Shown here: positions 47,116 through 49,372 of the stretch, one piece after another
Layout: each line of letters starts with the position of its first letter
Numbering within the stretch: position 1 is the stretch's first letter
Assembly: GCA_018398765.1 (NCBI GenBank)
Contig: JAHBMJ010000378.1
Location: forward strand, 1-49,372
Direction of reading: 5' to 3'
Length of the DNA stretch: 49,372 nucleotides
From: Chromera velia
Taxonomy: Eukaryota
Notes under the pieces: generated by a model
What the model was told of the DNA's origin: nothing
What the model saw: the letters and a program-made list of their open reading frames with translations, nothing else
Databases searched by the model: none
Position numbers and translations under genes: made by a program

Positions 47116-48459
47116 TGACCCCAAATTGTACCCGTGATTCTGTACTTGCTGAGCACCGTGGTTCTGTGTGTGAAGGAATGGTTGGATCGGCCACTGAAAG
47201 TACGAAAGAAGCGAAAAAAGCGGCACGCCAGGCCGCAGACGGCGAGACGCCTGTGGGGGGGTCGGGGGGGGGTGGGGGGGGGCAGGAGCCCGTTCGCGCG
47301 TTGGACCGACGCAGGGCCAGCAAAGAACTGGAAAGGGAAAGAACGAACGATGGGGTCACGATTGAACTTTAAAGGGTCGGGAGACAAGCTCCCTCCACGC
47401 TATTCCGAAGCTTACCGGAATAAATTCCGGGGTCCTACGAGGCACGATAAGTCAGTCAGTTGTCAGTCAGTCAGTCTATCAGTCATTCAGTCAGTCAGTC
47501 ACTTCTATGGATTCACCTACGAAGAAGAAGTGTCGGCTGGAAGGTCTTTCAAAGCGGCAATCTCAGCTGTACGTCATCAGAAGGCGGATGAGAGCTCTGC
47601 ATGCATGCCCTTCTGTTCTAATTCGAAAAGTTGTAGATGGGTTTTCCGTCTTTCCAAATTGTCAGCCTGATGTCCTCGAAGGTCCTGAAAAAAAAATGGT
47701 GAAGACAGAAGGAAATGATTTTTTTTTTTGAATGAGAGTTGCTTATTTCTTTTTTCTCTTTTTGTTTTGACTGACTTTCCAAAAACTTCTTTGAAATCAA
47801 GAACCACTTCCTTCACCATCTGCTTGGTTCCTCTGCGCTGAGGGGAGTAATGATTTTTCACCCCGTTTTTGTCAAGGATTTCCTTTCCTTTCTCTTTCAG
47901 GCTGGGGGAAAAAATATACCAGCTGGGGGGGCAAGAAAACTCGCGGAATGCGCGCGCGGACACATACTAAATAATATAGTTACTATATGTAAGTCACCAT
48001 CAAAGTTTATTAGTAGTGAATTTAGGCTACCGTCCAATTTACATTAGTACCACCTATAATTTAAGTATATTTGGGGAAACTCCATGATGCGTCCACAGAA
48101 TGGCTGACAAAATGTTGACGTATACGTCCTGCACACCGGCTTCTTCTTCTTCTTCTTCTGCCTCAAACTCATGGAGCAGCTCAAACAACTTTGCGCGAAA
48201 TGTTCGATGCCGACCCTGCGCCTGCCCACGCAGCTTCCACTGCCCCGGCCTGCCCGTCTCGCAGCCGCGAGATGGCGGGCCCCCGACATCTCGATGTACG
48301 GCGAGTGGATGTCTGCATTCTCCCCTCTCGAGATGCTACCTGAGGGCGCCTCTGCAGTTCTGGGCAGTGGTACGATTGACCTGTAGAGAGATGCGAGTCT
48401 CGTGACTCGCGGCAATCCTGTGCCGCTTCTGTTCTTCGGAGTCCCCGCTCCTGGCTGTG

Positions 48460-48620
48460 TGGCATCCGTCCCCGCACATCGCCATGTTTACAAAAATTGT
48501 GTCTGAGATTCCTGCTCAGGAATTCCTCGAAGACACGGCCTGCGTCAGGCAGACCGTACACTGCTTTCTGGAGGAGCCACATACATTCGGAAGGTCCAGG
48601 CGGGCAAGAACCGACTGCAA
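48460..48620 (-). mobile_element. Copia-type reverse transcriptase fragment
   Basis: VWLLQKAVYGLPDAGRVFEEFL matches the copia RT LxKALYGLxxAxRxW motif; surrounding sequence is eroded. Confidence 0.65.
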
Positions 48621-49372
48621 CTCACTCTCCAGTGAGTCAATCGCAGGAGGCCTACCCCCACCGTAATTTCCAGAGCCAACATGAATCCACTTCCAAAGAT
48701 GAAGCGGAATCTTTGTGCAGAGACGACACAGAAAAATGGACAAACGCAACAGAGAAGACACAGCATGATTGTGATTGCACTCACTTTCAATTGCCGGCCT
48801 TCCCTGTTTTTCTGCTTGGTCACACCTCTGCAGTCTCATTCTGTGGGGCGCCCACAGAGCTCGGTTCTCGGTCCGCAATTCAGTCACCGCTGCATGTTGT
48901 CAGACGGGTGGCGGCGGCAGTCAAATCGGATGCTACTGTTCGAGCCAATGCTGCCCCCACGAAATGGTCTAAATAGTCAAACAGAAACCCGTCGAGGTTT
49001 TCGCCATTCCTGAACTGGCGAAGGGCCATGCGCACCGTTTCGGTGCCAATGCCGTTGGTGGCAAAGAGCTCGGGTCTGTCGTGGAGTAAGCGAGTAAGCT
49101 CTACCCAGGTCCCATGGCGGAAACGAACATGTTCGGATCCGCGGAAAAATTGCACTTTTCCGCATGCGCGGATCCGAACAGTGAGCAATTCCGCGTAGCA
49201 TATTGCACTTCCGAACACTGTTCGTTTCCACGTTCGAACACTGTTCAGATCCACACCTTCACTCTTCACTCCCATCATGAGACGATGGATCCGTACAGAG
49301 CATATGCCGAAACAGCTCTCACTCAGTGGTTACGCTTTCGGACGTCCTCTATTGGTCTTCGTGAGCAAATTC

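Larger units (their letters stand above)
42530..47900 (-). pseudogene. Decayed multi-exon gene relic(s) with coding-length tandem repeats and Cys clusters
   Basis: Protein-like blocks (KQMVKEVVLDFKEVFGK; FEDIRLTIWKDGKPIYNF; coiled-coil LQEKERENLELRAKCAQL; VICSICEE; ACTRAC...ELFCPPC) bounded by GTCAGT donors and YAG acceptors, but with in-frame stops. Confidence 0.4.

Noticed and set aside
41848..47620. In-frame TAA/TAG/TGA stops as proof of C-to-T hypermutation
   Set aside because: Every stop codon starts with T, so without an intact paralogue their origin cannot be inferred.
48880..49278. 132-aa minus-strand ORF near the window end
   Set aside because: Protein-like but no recognisable motif, no clear splice structure, and context is cut by the window edge.

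Overview
Repeat-rich, intron-containing eukaryotic DNA with two N gaps and many microsatellites. GTCAGT/GTGAGT donors and at least 11 TGCATGCA motifs suggest a chromerid/apicomplexan-related alveolate such as Chromera (inference only). Main content: (1) a full-length Ty1/copia LTR retrotransposon (22057-28094) with 470-bp LTRs, a GTTAG target-site duplication, three frameshifts, an apparent TG...TA terminus and no TGG-type primer-binding site; (2) a seven-exon minus-strand gene (about 787 aa) with a Gly/Tyr/Arg-rich N-terminal region and an unrecognised C-terminal part; (3) an apparently intronless six-NHL-repeat + BTB gene with a frameshift and an in-frame pyrimidine-rich insertion; (4) two inverted copies of a ~720-bp tRNA-headed, internally repetitive, hairpin-containing SINE-like element; (5) a second LTR family flanking a decayed internal region; (6) LINE-like relics, decayed multi-exon gene relics, minisatellites and a copia RT fragment. 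Most ORFs in the supplied track are artefacts of low-complexity DNA. All counts and alignments were done by eye.
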